From: an uncultured Hyphomicrobiales bacterium | GTDB taxonomy: Bacteria > Bacteroidota > Ignavibacteria > Kapaibacteriales > UBA2268 | Assembly: GCA_964465945.1 (NCBI GenBank) | Contig: CAYXMM010000002.1 | Span: forward strand, 66,691-130,690 | Direction of reading: 5' to 3' | Length of the DNA stretch: 64,000 bases | Part shown: one piece after another, positions 48,815 through 58,849 of the stretch | How positions within the stretch are numbered: position 1 is the stretch's first letter | Layout: each line of letters starts with the position of its first letter | Program-made: the position numbers and the translations under genes | Notes under the pieces: model-generated | What the model saw: the letters and a program-made list of their open reading frames with translations, nothing else | The model's database searches: none | What the model was told of the DNA's origin: nothing

Positions 48815-50761
48815 ATGTTAATTTTTCTATTAATTTTATTTACAAATATAAGTAATTCACAAGAATATTATAGGGTGTTTTATAAAGATAAGGATACGAT
48901 ATCATTTCAAAATAATAATTTTTCATATAAAGAAACTTTAAAGTTGTATGATGTAAATGCTTTGAAAAGACGAGGGAATTTATATATAGAAGATGCTATA
49001 ATTACTCCAAGTTATATTGAGAAGCTTAAAGAATTTGATATTGAGTATATTAACTCGTCACGTTGGTTTAATTATTCTTTAATTAAGGCGGATACAAGTG
49101 TTATAAAGGAAATTGAGAAGTTAAGTTTTGTTAAGAAAGTCAATAGGACAAACACTAAATTTAGTACTCTTGATGTTAAGTCAAGTGAGCTAACTAATTA
49201 TACTGAAATGATTTTGGACAAGAATAGTTATGGGGAATCGGAGGATCAGGTTTCTCAGTTGGGCGTAGATAAATTGCATAAATTAGGTTTTAATGGTGAT
49301 TCTGTCATTGTTGGTTATTTGGATTCGGGGTTTAGGTTGTTTGGTGATGTGGTAGATTCAACTCATTTGTTAGGACAATATGATTTTGTAAATAATGATA
49401 CTGAGACATCAAATCAAGAAGGTGATGCAGTGAATCAGGATTTGCATGGAACTTGTGTGTTATCAACTGTTTCTGCATACAATCAAGATAGTTTAATTGG
49501 TATGGCGAGCGAATCATTCTTTTATTTAGCAAAAACAGAGAATGTGTCGGGTGAGAAAAATGTAGAGGAAGATAATTTTGTTTTTGGGTTGGAATGGCTT
49601 GAAACGAGGGGAGTTCAACTTATAAATTCTTCATTGGGATACAGAATTTTTGATGATGGCGAGCTATCGCATTCTTTTTCTGAATTAGATGGAAGCACAA
49701 CGTTGGTAAGTCAAGCAGTTAATAAGGCAGTGAAGAAATATATTATGTTTTTTAATGCAATTGGAAACGATGGACCAGGTGAGAAAACATTAATTTCGCC
49801 ATCAGATGCAAATTCTGTGATTGCTATTGGTGGGTTAAGAAAGGGAAGTGATGAAATTGCGAATTTTAGTTCGATTGGACCAAATGCAAGTAGTGATATT
49901 CGACCTCATTTTGTAGCACAAGCGGCTGATGTTTCGATTGCTTCAAATAATCCAAACAAAAAGTTTATAAAAGGTAATGGGACAAGTTTTGCATCTCCAT
50001 TAATGATGGGTGCAACAACTCTTATAAAATCTGCCTATCCGGAAGCAACAAATTATAATATATTTAATTCTATGAAAGTAGCTGCTAATGTCCCTAATGG
50101 CGATGAACCATCAAATACTTTTGGATATGGAATAGTTAATTTTAAGAATTTAATGGATACTCTATCATATAATTATGGGCCAGCAATTGCTCCATATAAT
50201 ACTTTTGAAATAGGTGGAAAATTGAGAATTGTTATATATGTTCTTTCAGTATATGATTGTGATGTGAATATTAAATATATTGAAAATGGCGAAGAAGTAA
50301 TAAAAACTATGGAAAAAGGTGGTGAAGAATATCAATATTATTTTGATTTAGAAAAGAATTTATTTATCGATAATAATGCGTTAGTTAATTTTTCTGTTAC
50401 TGATTCAAAAAAGAGAGTTAAGAAATACTCGAACAATTATTTTGAAATTAAGTGGGGAAAGGAGATAATTCGTAAGGGTGTGGATAAGTTTGGAATGCCT
50501 ACCTTAGTATCTGATAATAAAGAAGATATAATACCTATTTTGTATTCTGACAGATTAGAGATTATAAATAATTCGGAAAAAAATGAACTTTTTGAAATAA
50601 ATATTTTGGATATTAATGGAAAGTTCTTATTTTTGAATTCTATTCTAATTCAACAACAGAAAAATGTTCTTTATTTAGAAAATCAACTTAATTTAGGTTT
50701 ATATTTTGTAGTTTTGAAAAATTCTACTGGAATAAAAACGTATAAATTAATTTTAAATTAA
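48815..50761 (+). CDS. S8 (subtilisin-like) serine peptidase with T9SS C-terminal sorting domain
   Basis: D/H/S catalytic triad blocks (GYLDSG, HGTCV, GTSFASPLMMG); C-terminal ...LYFVVLKNSTGIKTYKLILN. Confidence 0.8.
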   Translation: MLIFLLILFTNISNSQEYYRVFYKDKDTISFQNNNFSYKETLKLYDVNALKRRGNLYIEDAIITPSYIEKLKEFDIEYINSSRWFNYSLIKADTSVIKEIEKLSFVKKVNRTNTKFSTLDVKSSELTNYTEMILDKNSYGESEDQVSQLGVDKLHKLGFNGDSVIVGYLDSGFRLFGDVVDSTHLLGQYDFVNNDTETSNQEGDAVNQDLHGTCVLSTVSAYNQDSLIGMASESFFYLAKTENVSGEKNVEEDNFVFGLEWLETRGVQLINSSLGYRIFDDGELSHSFSELDGSTTLVSQAVNKAVKKYIMFFNAIGNDGPGEKTLISPSDANSVIAIGGLRKGSDEIANFSSIGPNASSDIRPHFVAQAADVSIASNNPNKKFIKGNGTSFASPLMMGATTLIKSAYPEATNYNIFNSMKVAANVPNGDEPSNTFGYGIVNFKNLMDTLSYNYGPAIAPYNTFEIGGKLRIVIYVLSVYDCDVNIKYIENGEEVIKTMEKGGEEYQYYFDLEKNLFIDNNALVNFSVTDSKKRVKKYSNNYFEIKWGKEIIRKGVDKFGMPTLVSDNKEDIIPILYSDRLEIINNSEKNELFEINILDINGKFLFLNSILIQQQKNVLYLENQLNLGLYFVVLKNSTGIKTYKLILN

Positions 50762-50767
50762 AAGTTA

Positions 50768-50842
50768 GGGATCGTAGCTCAGTTTGGTTAGAGCGCCAGT
50801 CTGTCACACTGGAGGTCGCGAGTTCGAGCCTCGTCGGTCCCG
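50768..50842 (+). tRNA. tRNA-Asp (GTC)
   Basis: Cloverleaf GGGATCG/CGGTCCC acceptor stem, anticodon loop CTGTCAC (anticodon GTC), T-arm GCGAGTTCGAGCCTCGT; CCA not encoded. Confidence 0.9.
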
Positions 50843-50854
50843 CTTCTTTTTCTT

Positions 50855-52696
50855 ATGAATAACATTAAAAATAAACTCCAAGACTATAAATTATTTAGAG
50901 ATAAATCACTTCCCGCTTTTAAAATATTACTATATTTTTTATTTTTTTATCTTACTTTAATGTTCCTTAATTTAAGTATTACTTATACTTGGGTAATAGT
51001 CTTTATTTGTCTTTTCTCGGTGTTTATTTTTTATAAGTTCAAACACAAATATTTATCGTTTGTCTTCCTAACAATTATTCTTGGAAGCGTAACTTTTATA
51101 AGGTTTAAACAAGGTAATTTTATTGAAGAATTACCTTATGTGAATAAGCAAGAAGTTTTTTTAAATGGAAGAGTTTCTAAGATTTTATATGAAAACGAGA
51201 GATTTTCGAGGTTGCTTGTTGAGTGTAATATAATTTCAAAAGATTTTATAGTTGAAAAGTCAAAACTTATTCTAAACTTAGTAAAGCATAGTAAGGGAGA
51301 GCGGTTTTATATACAGCCAAAAGTTGGTAATACTTTTATATCACAAGCATATTTATCAACGAATAAGGATAAAGTGTTTATTGAAGAATTTCCTTCAAAA
51401 TTATATGCTAACTCATTTAATGCAAATTTTAGTGCTTTGTGCTTTACAGAGCAATTTACAATTACAAATCAGCAACCAACATATTATTTGTATTTAGATA
51501 AAATTAGAAATGAAATTGAAAATAAGATAATTTATTTGTTTCCGAAAGATGTTGCAAAACTTGTTTTAGCACTTACAATAGGACAGAAGAATTTGATGAC
51601 GGCTGAGGATAATGAGAGATTTGCTTTAACTGGCACATCTCATGTTATTGCTGTTTCGGGTTTGCATGTTGCCGTTATAGCTTCTTTTCTATATTTTATA
51701 ACTATTGGAATTAGGAATTTAAAATTAAAGACAATTATTAATGTTGGTTTAATAATTTCATACCTTATATTAACTGGATTGCAAGATTCAGCAATAAGGT
51801 CTGGAATTATGGCAATATTAATTTTAATTTCGTTGGATTTAAAACGATATTATGATATTAGAAATATTTTATGTGTTACAATTTTACTTTTTATTTTATA
51901 TGAGCCGAATGTGATATTTTCAATTTCGTTTCAATTATCAATTCTTGCATTAGTAGGCATTGTGTTTTATTATTCAAGGGTTGAAGAGAGGATAAACAAG
52001 TATTTTCCTTATACAAGAAACATAATTTTTATTTCCTTTATTACAACAATTTCGGCGACGTTTTTGTTAAATCCAGTTGTGGCTTATTATTTTCAAAACT
52101 TTTCTATTTCATCTATAGTTGCAAATTTATATGCAATTCCTTTAACTTCGCTTGTTTTAGTTGCGTCAATTCCAATAATTGGTTTATCGTTTATTTTGCC
52201 GAAGTTAATGCTAATCATTGCTAAAAGTATTACGTTGCTTGTAAGATTGCTTTATAGTTTGAATGATTTTGTATTAAGTTATGATTCTTTTTATTTTAAA
52301 GGAAATGAGACAATAGTTTTGGCAGTTGCTTTTATGTTTGTTGTTTTATTGTTTATTTACATTAAAAATTATAAACAAATGATTCTATATAGTTTGCTTG
52401 TAGTTTGTATTTTATATTGTTTGAATATTTCAATTAACTATAATGTGTTTAGACGAGAAAATTTTGAATATGAGTTTGAGTTAATTCAAAAGAAACACAA
52501 AAACTATTTAATTGTTTTTGATTATAACCCTAAATCAAAACCTGAGTTAGACTATGATTTATATAAGTTTTTATTAAAGGATAAAAACAGGTTAAACCTA
52601 TATTTTAATGGAAACAACGGACAATATTTATTTGATAAATTGAAGAATGATATAAATATTGACACATTTAAAATTAAAGAAAGAATATTATTTTAA
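50855..52696 (+). CDS. ComEC/Rec2-family competence membrane protein (no C-terminal metallo-beta-lactamase domain)
   Basis: Polytopic membrane protein with the GTSHVIAVSGLHVAVIASFLY competence-domain motif; 613 aa. Confidence 0.7.
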   Translation: MNNIKNKLQDYKLFRDKSLPAFKILLYFLFFYLTLMFLNLSITYTWVIVFICLFSVFIFYKFKHKYLSFVFLTIILGSVTFIRFKQGNFIEELPYVNKQEVFLNGRVSKILYENERFSRLLVECNIISKDFIVEKSKLILNLVKHSKGERFYIQPKVGNTFISQAYLSTNKDKVFIEEFPSKLYANSFNANFSALCFTEQFTITNQQPTYYLYLDKIRNEIENKIIYLFPKDVAKLVLALTIGQKNLMTAEDNERFALTGTSHVIAVSGLHVAVIASFLYFITIGIRNLKLKTIINVGLIISYLILTGLQDSAIRSGIMAILILISLDLKRYYDIRNILCVTILLFILYEPNVIFSISFQLSILALVGIVFYYSRVEERINKYFPYTRNIIFISFITTISATFLLNPVVAYYFQNFSISSIVANLYAIPLTSLVLVASIPIIGLSFILPKLMLIIAKSITLLVRLLYSLNDFVLSYDSFYFKGNETIVLAVAFMFVVLLFIYIKNYKQMILYSLLVVCILYCLNISINYNVFRRENFEYEFELIQKKHKNYLIVFDYNPKSKPELDYDLYKFLLKDKNRLNLYFNGNNGQYLFDKLKNDINIDTFKIKERILF

Positions 52697-53838
52697 TGAA
52701 TTTTTAGCTTTTCACAAATAAAGCATACGTTTTTATTATTATAATCTTTAGTAAAGAATAAATATTGCTTGTTATTTTCACTTATTCCTAACTTAGTTTT
52801 AATTTTTGGAAGAGTGTCGTCGAAATTCCTAATTTTAATAATGCCAGAATCTATTCTATATGTTTTAAAATCTGAAGTGTTGTAGTTTAATTTTTGTGAT
52901 ATTTTATAATAATCACCTGGTAAGTTTGGAATTATGTCATTTGAAAAAAGGTATTGAGTGTTATGATTAATTTTGAATAATTTATTGTCTATTGCGATTG
53001 TATCTTGTAAATGTGCTTTAATAATTGCTGGGTCTGGCTCGAAAAGGTAATTAAATTCTTCATTAGAAATAGGAGATTTTGCCTGAATGTTATCATAGTT
53101 GTATTCTGCAACGTTATTGTTATTTATTGATATAATTTTTATTTTGTTTTCAGTTATTTCATCTGAAAGGTGAAGTAAAAGTTCTTTAACTTCTCCATTA
53201 ATACTTATAATCCAGACATTGTATTTTCTAAAGAAATGTGGGAATTCATTAATTTCAAACATAGGGGAGAGCTTTATTAAAAGATTTTTGTATTTTAATT
53301 TTGGTAGAATTTCCAATATATTTGGCTTTAACTCTTCTAATTTGAATAGTTTTTTGTTGCTATTATCTCTTCTATCTGGGTCTATGTAGATTAAATCAAA
53401 GTAAGTGTTTAATTTAGATAGTAATACTTCTGCTTTTTCATTATAAAATGAATTGTTATGGTGGTGATAATTTTGTTTTGCTAATTCAAAAAGTTCTTCA
53501 TCTAAGTCATTATAAATAGAATTTGTAAAATTCTTAGAAATGTAATTAAAATCTATCCCTAATCCACCAGATAAGTCTATAAAATTTTCACCTTTAAAGT
53601 ATTTACTTTTAGTTATCGCACTTATTTCGCTTGAACATTGCTCAATTGATTTTGAATTAATAGGAAAAATAAAATCAAAATTCTTATAAAAACTTGATAA
53701 TTTATTCTTAATTTTTTGACGTTTTGCTATTTGATTTATTAAAAAACGTTTATTTGAATCTTGATGATATTTAAAAAGAAGAGGACTAATATCTTTGTCC
53801 AGATTTTCTAATATAAATTCTTTATCTTCTTTATTCAT
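52693..53838 (-). CDS. class I SAM-dependent methyltransferase-like protein (cap-guanine-N2 MTase-like fold with C-terminal extension)
   Basis: IDLSGGLGIDF (motif I-like), acidic motif II, IYIDPDRR (degenerate DPPW/R motif IV). Confidence 0.4.
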   Translation of the reverse strand: MNKEDKEFILENLDKDISPLLFKYHQDSNKRFLINQIAKRQKIKNKLSSFYKNFDFIFPINSKSIEQCSSEISAITKSKYFKGENFIDLSGGLGIDFNYISKNFTNSIYNDLDEELFELAKQNYHHHNNSFYNEKAEVLLSKLNTYFDLIYIDPDRRDNSNKKLFKLEELKPNILEILPKLKYKNLLIKLSPMFEINEFPHFFRKYNVWIISINGEVKELLLHLSDEITENKIKIISINNNNVAEYNYDNIQAKSPISNEEFNYLFEPDPAIIKAHLQDTIAIDNKLFKINHNTQYLFSNDIIPNLPGDYYKISQKLNYNTSDFKTYRIDSGIIKIRNFDDTLPKIKTKLGISENNKQYLFFTKDYNNKNVCFICEKLKIH

Positions 53839-55126
53839 ATTTTATGAATTTATAAATATTGTAAGAGTTATCTTTTTGAATTATCACGAAATATAATTGA
53901 TTATTAAGTAATTCTGAGAAGTTATAATTGTATTCTCGCCCTTGCACATCAACAATTTTAATAATTTTACTTTTAAAACTTTTAAACTCTAATACACTGA
54001 GGTATGGGCTATTATCTTTTATTTCAATTTCGGAAATCAAGAATGTAGAATCTTGGCAGAAATTTTTAACTTTACAATAATATTTTCCGGCATCAATTTT
54101 AGTAATTTGTTTCTTTAGATAATTTGGGTCTTTACTTGACAAAATTAAAGAATCTTCTTTATACCAGTCATAAGATTGAATATTGCCAGTTGCTTGAATA
54201 TTTAGGTTTAAATCTTCACCAGTTTTCAGCTCAATATAATCATCGGATTTAGAAACTAATCTTGTTTTTTCATATATACTTAGGTCAAGAATTTTAAATG
54301 AATAATATTCATTGCCAAAACTTATATCGCAAAAATAAGCACCAGTTTTATATTTTTTCATTATTTCTAATGTTTCAAATTTAATTTCCGATTTATCTTG
54401 TGATATATGATGATATAATATTTCTCCATTTGAGTTATAAATTTTAGAACTTGTAACGGGTGGGAAAGTTCCTTGATTTGCGTCTATGATTAAAAATTTA
54501 AGATTAATTATTGAGTCTTCACAAATTGTTTTTGCAATACTTTTTGGGAAAATTGGTTTATAATAATTTATTTTAAATTCAGCAGTATCTGAATTGCAAT
54601 CACCATCTACTATACAATAATATTTTTTTAATTTAGTGGAGTCTAATTTAATTGAAAGAAGATTACTTGTTGCCCCATCAATAATTTCATTGTCTTGTAA
54701 AATGTTCCATTTTGCATCGTACCAACTTATTTTATGGTTTAGTTCTTTGCTATTGTCAGTTAATCTACAATGTAAATTCGCAATTTCATTGTTAAAAAAA
54801 GTTAGGTTATTTACTTTATTTATAATTTCGGTTTTTGGTATGATGTTTATGATAAACTCGTCAGAAGTTAATGTTTGAGATGAATTTGAAACAGTGCAAT
54901 AGTATTTTCCGGAATTTTCGAATTTAATATTGTTAAAATTTATGGTACTATTAGTTTCTAAATTTATTAAAATATCGTCTTTAAACCATTGATAATTAAG
55001 ATTATCTTCATTTACAAGTACAAAAATCTGAACCTGCTCATTTTCACAAAATTGTTGATTTTGAGATTGTTGAACAATTTCAAATGCAGATAAAAAGTTT
55101 AATATGAGAATGAAAAAAATCATCAT
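53831..55126 (-). CDS. secreted Ig-like (I-set-type) repeat protein
   Basis: Signal peptide; repeated ...YQWFKD...G.YYC.V.N... immunoglobulin-domain signatures. Confidence 0.6.
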   Translation of the reverse strand: MMIFFILILNFLSAFEIVQQSQNQQFCENEQVQIFVLVNEDNLNYQWFKDDILINLETNSTINFNNIKFENSGKYYCTVSNSSQTLTSDEFIINIIPKTEIINKVNNLTFFNNEIANLHCRLTDNSKELNHKISWYDAKWNILQDNEIIDGATSNLLSIKLDSTKLKKYYCIVDGDCNSDTAEFKINYYKPIFPKSIAKTICEDSIINLKFLIIDANQGTFPPVTSSKIYNSNGEILYHHISQDKSEIKFETLEIMKKYKTGAYFCDISFGNEYYSFKILDLSIYEKTRLVSKSDDYIELKTGEDLNLNIQATGNIQSYDWYKEDSLILSSKDPNYLKKQITKIDAGKYYCKVKNFCQDSTFLISEIEIKDNSPYLSVLEFKSFKSKIIKIVDVQGREYNYNFSELLNNQLYFVIIQKDNSYNIYKFIKYE

Positions 55127-57897
55127 TTCTTATTGTTTATTTTCTCCTTTAAATACTCGACTGCTTTTTCAAGAATTAAATCTTTATCTTCTTTATTGAA
55201 AGTATTCTTAACTTCTATATCGGGTGATATTGGTTTAAACATAATATTTTTTTCTGCGGGATTGAAAACATCAAAAGCACTAAAGCTAAAACTATAATCC
55301 AATGGTAAAGATATAGAGACAACATCGCTTGGCATTCCAACACTTTTGCGACCAATTAGAGTTCCAATTTCATAATAATCAACTAAGTTCATTATAAACT
55401 CTGAGTAGCCGATGGTATTTTCGTCAATTAAGAACACAACGTTTTTGGTTAATGCAGTATCTAATTTTTTCAAAAATGGTTGAAGAGTTTCAAATTGAAC
55501 GTTTTCTTTGTTTGATTCAACAAAGTATGGGACTTTAGTCATATTTGTTTTAACATTATTAATAAGAAAATATCCTAAGAAATGCTCTGAAATTAAGCTA
55601 TTACCTCTTGCATCAAAAATTAGTCCATCTACATTGTTAATTTCGTTAGCTAAGTATTTAAAGAATTTATCGTCGAACATTGACATATTTATATACATAA
55701 TATTGCTATCGGGCTTCATTAAGTCAACAACGTTGGACTTTAAATATTCGCTATTCCAAACGTCTTTTGTGAAGTTAATTTTTTTATCTTCGAAATCGAA
55801 TAATAACTCATTTTTATCATCACCCATCACAATTCTTGCTATTGCTCTATTAATTAGATAGGGACTTAAATCTTTTAAGTTTTTTTGTTTATTATCGGTA
55901 TTATTATAGCCATTAATAAATTGAAGTTCGTTTGTAACATACTTTTCAATATCTATATCTTCGATTTTTACTATTTTATCTCCTACTTTAAGTCCTTCAA
56001 CTTGTTTGTAAATTTGGCTAACGTGAAATCCATCTTCATAATATTCAAAAGTGAAGGGTAATGATTTGGAATTTTCATCACCTAATTTCCATAATCTAAT
56101 TTGTGGGTCATTTAAAATAGCTAGGAATTTTCTAATTATTGCTTCAAAATCTTTAACTTTTGCTGTGCTAATTTTAGAAATGCTTTCTTTGAAAGCTAAA
56201 TCTAATTTGTTCAAGTCAAAATTCGGCTCAATAATATAATAGTTTCTAATATATGAATATAACTCAACTATGACTGAAATTCTTGAATATAAATCGTTTA
56301 TATTTAAGTCGTTGTTGTTTACTTCGTGCAAAATTTTATTAAATTTTAGCGAATCAGGGTAGGGTAGAGAACCATTTTCTCCAATTTCTAATCCATTAGG
56401 CATATTCAAATATACATTATCAGAAATTTTGTAGTTATTATATTTATAAATAACAGGGTAGTTAATTATAAAAGTATTTAAAGTAGAAATTTTAAGAGAA
56501 TTAGGTTTTGAGTTTGCCTCCGTTTCATCAATATAATATTCATATCCAGCTAATTTAATTGAGTTAGGTATTTTCCAATCTTTTGGTTCAGCCAATGGGC
56601 TTTCATCATCAAAGTTTTGATTTAGTTCTGGGATTTCAATTTTATGTCCGTCTCCAGATACTTCAACTTTCAAATCATCAAACCAAGCTTCGCCATCGCC
56701 AATTAGTACGCAACCAATTGTAATTTTAGATGTGTTTTCAGGTAATTTAATTTTATTTTCAAATTTTTGCCAATCAGGGCTTATAATTGGATTATCCATC
56801 ATATAGACATTAATATCTTCACCTTGCTGTCTTTGAACTCTAATCCAAAGTTGTGCATTTGAATATAAGTTTTTTAATTTAGTTTTAACATTGCTTGAAA
56901 AAATTAGTTCTTTTCCACCTAATCCACTGCCTGAAATATATCTAAGCATATAACCTTGTTTATCTTTATCGGGAGTGTAAATGTTTTTAATGTCAGTGCT
57001 TGAAATGTTTGAGCTCCCACCATTATATGCGATGCGTGTTTTATTTAGCATTCCATACCCGTGTAGTGCTGTTTTCTGGTGATTATATTGTGGAACAATT
57101 TTATTGTTTGAAATATTAGCTATTGGGAAGATGGGATTAAAAACATCGTTAAGAGAAGTTACAATATCTTTTGAATTAATTGTTTTGTCAATTCCGTATC
57201 TAATAAAATTATATGGTTCTAACTTTAACATTTCAGAAGTTGGTAATTGAAATCTTAGATAACTATAGACTTTAGTGAAATTCAATATGTTGTCAATACT
57301 CTCTTGATTTAACTCAATGTTGTCAATAAAGTTATAATGGCTTTGTCGAATAATGTCAAATTTAATGTTGTCAATAAATACTGCTCCTCTTCCAGCCATG
57401 ACAGCACCTATAGAGATATAATAGGCATCGTTAGATATATCTATTTCAACTTTAAACTCTTCCCAATTTGCTTTCAAAATTGGGTTATCAATCATTTGTT
57501 CAATTTTTATAGTCTTTCCATTTTGGTCATATTCGTGAATAAATAGTCTTAAGTTAGATGAATCACCTTCGAATTTTGTAAGAACGTTTGCGCTAAGGAA
57601 TACTTTTTTATTTTTATAACGAAAGGCGTCAAATTTTTGGTATAAAGTGCCATACGACCCAGGTTTAAAAGGGGTAAAATTAAACATTGCGATTGCTCTT
57701 TTACCGCTAAAAAAATTTTCATCATCAGCTCTTGCAACATACTCGTTCTCAATACTTTTTTTTGTTAATTCCCAAATAAAAGGCATAGCAGGTGGAGTTC
57801 CAATTTCAAAATCTAAATTGTATGGTTGGAAAATTATGTTTTGTGATTTTAAATTTAATGAAAAAACTAATATAAAAATTAAAAGTAAAGTCCTCAT
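55123..57897 (-). CDS. large secreted S41-family peptidase with internal PDZ-like segment
   Basis: Signal peptide; GLKVGDKIVKIED PDZ-like segment; IFDARGN and ...IDENTIGYSEF...GRKSVG blocks matching the S41 Ser/Lys dyad region. Confidence 0.55.
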   Translation of the reverse strand: MRTLLLIFILVFSLNLKSQNIIFQPYNLDFEIGTPPAMPFIWELTKKSIENEYVARADDENFFSGKRAIAMFNFTPFKPGSYGTLYQKFDAFRYKNKKVFLSANVLTKFEGDSSNLRLFIHEYDQNGKTIKIEQMIDNPILKANWEEFKVEIDISNDAYYISIGAVMAGRGAVFIDNIKFDIIRQSHYNFIDNIELNQESIDNILNFTKVYSYLRFQLPTSEMLKLEPYNFIRYGIDKTINSKDIVTSLNDVFNPIFPIANISNNKIVPQYNHQKTALHGYGMLNKTRIAYNGGSSNISSTDIKNIYTPDKDKQGYMLRYISGSGLGGKELIFSSNVKTKLKNLYSNAQLWIRVQRQQGEDINVYMMDNPIISPDWQKFENKIKLPENTSKITIGCVLIGDGEAWFDDLKVEVSGDGHKIEIPELNQNFDDESPLAEPKDWKIPNSIKLAGYEYYIDETEANSKPNSLKISTLNTFIINYPVIYKYNNYKISDNVYLNMPNGLEIGENGSLPYPDSLKFNKILHEVNNNDLNINDLYSRISVIVELYSYIRNYYIIEPNFDLNKLDLAFKESISKISTAKVKDFEAIIRKFLAILNDPQIRLWKLGDENSKSLPFTFEYYEDGFHVSQIYKQVEGLKVGDKIVKIEDIDIEKYVTNELQFINGYNNTDNKQKNLKDLSPYLINRAIARIVMGDDKNELLFDFEDKKINFTKDVWNSEYLKSNVVDLMKPDSNIMYINMSMFDDKFFKYLANEINNVDGLIFDARGNSLISEHFLGYFLINNVKTNMTKVPYFVESNKENVQFETLQPFLKKLDTALTKNVVFLIDENTIGYSEFIMNLVDYYEIGTLIGRKSVGMPSDVVSISLPLDYSFSFSAFDVFNPAEKNIMFKPISPDIEVKNTFNKEDKDLILEKAVEYLKEKINNKK

Positions 57898-57988
57898 TTC
57901 GTTCCTTTATTTAAAATATATTCAAAATTAGCAACTTAAATTGTATTTACGAAAAACTTAGCTAAATGATATAGAATTTAATATAATT

Positions 57989-58780
57989 TTGAAAATTGGC
58001 AAAGTATTTGGATATGCTTTAATTATGAAAAAAATTTATATAATAATTACAATATTAGCCATTTCTTGTACGCCGGTTCGTAAATCTTTTTATGAAGATG
58101 ATGGTAATGAAACTTCATATAATAAACAAATTAAGAATAAAAAAGGAATTACTGAGCGTGAAAAAAGGCAAGACATAAATGATGATTCAAATGCTGAATA
58201 TAAGCCAGACTCTGATGTTAAAGATGAGACTTATTCTGCTAAGCCAGAGATATATTATCAAGATGAAACTTCTGATACTATTAGTTTGAATGAAAATTCA
58301 AATTTGAACAAACTTGTTTCAAAACAACAAGAGAAATCATATAAAAGCAATGACCCCAATACAGAGGTTTACACTGAAAATATAAGAGTTGGTTCAAATT
58401 CAAGTGATGATGAAGCAGATATTGTATTGAGCTATGAAAATGCTTTAAAATTATTTAATTCAGGGAATTATACAAATTCTTTAGAAAAATTTAAGGCATT
58501 AAGTGAAACTTTAAAAGAGAATGATACATTGATTTATGAAACGCAATATTATATCGCAGAGTGCCATATTTCACGGAATGAATTTTCGCAAGCAATGGAT
58601 ATTTTAAAGAAATTAGAGATAACTGCCGACAATAATAGTGAGATAATGCAAAAAACATTGGTGCGATTAGGACAAATGTATTGTATATTAAATATGAAAA
58701 AAGATGCAAATGGATATTTTAAGAAATTAAAATCTCGATTTCCAAACTCAAATTATAACAAAGTGGCAAATTGCAACTGA
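57989..58780 (+). CDS. TPR-repeat lipoprotein
   Basis: Lipoprotein signal at the internal Met (ILAISC); C-terminal TPR-like helices. True start is likely ~58025. Confidence 0.55.
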   Translation: MKIGKVFGYALIMKKIYIIITILAISCTPVRKSFYEDDGNETSYNKQIKNKKGITEREKRQDINDDSNAEYKPDSDVKDETYSAKPEIYYQDETSDTISLNENSNLNKLVSKQQEKSYKSNDPNTEVYTENIRVGSNSSDDEADIVLSYENALKLFNSGNYTNSLEKFKALSETLKENDTLIYETQYYIAECHISRNEFSQAMDILKKLEITADNNSEIMQKTLVRLGQMYCILNMKKDANGYFKKLKSRFPNSNYNKVANCN

Positions 58781-58849
58781 TGTTATTTCAGAAATGTGAT
58801 TTGATTTTCACATTTTGATTTTATTATGAAATAAATAAAAGGTTTTTTA

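Noticed and set aside
50768-50842. tRNA-Asp as an integration site for a mobile element
   Set aside because: No integrase, phage genes or duplicated tRNA 3' segment nearby. The downstream gene is a housekeeping-type ComEC-like protein.
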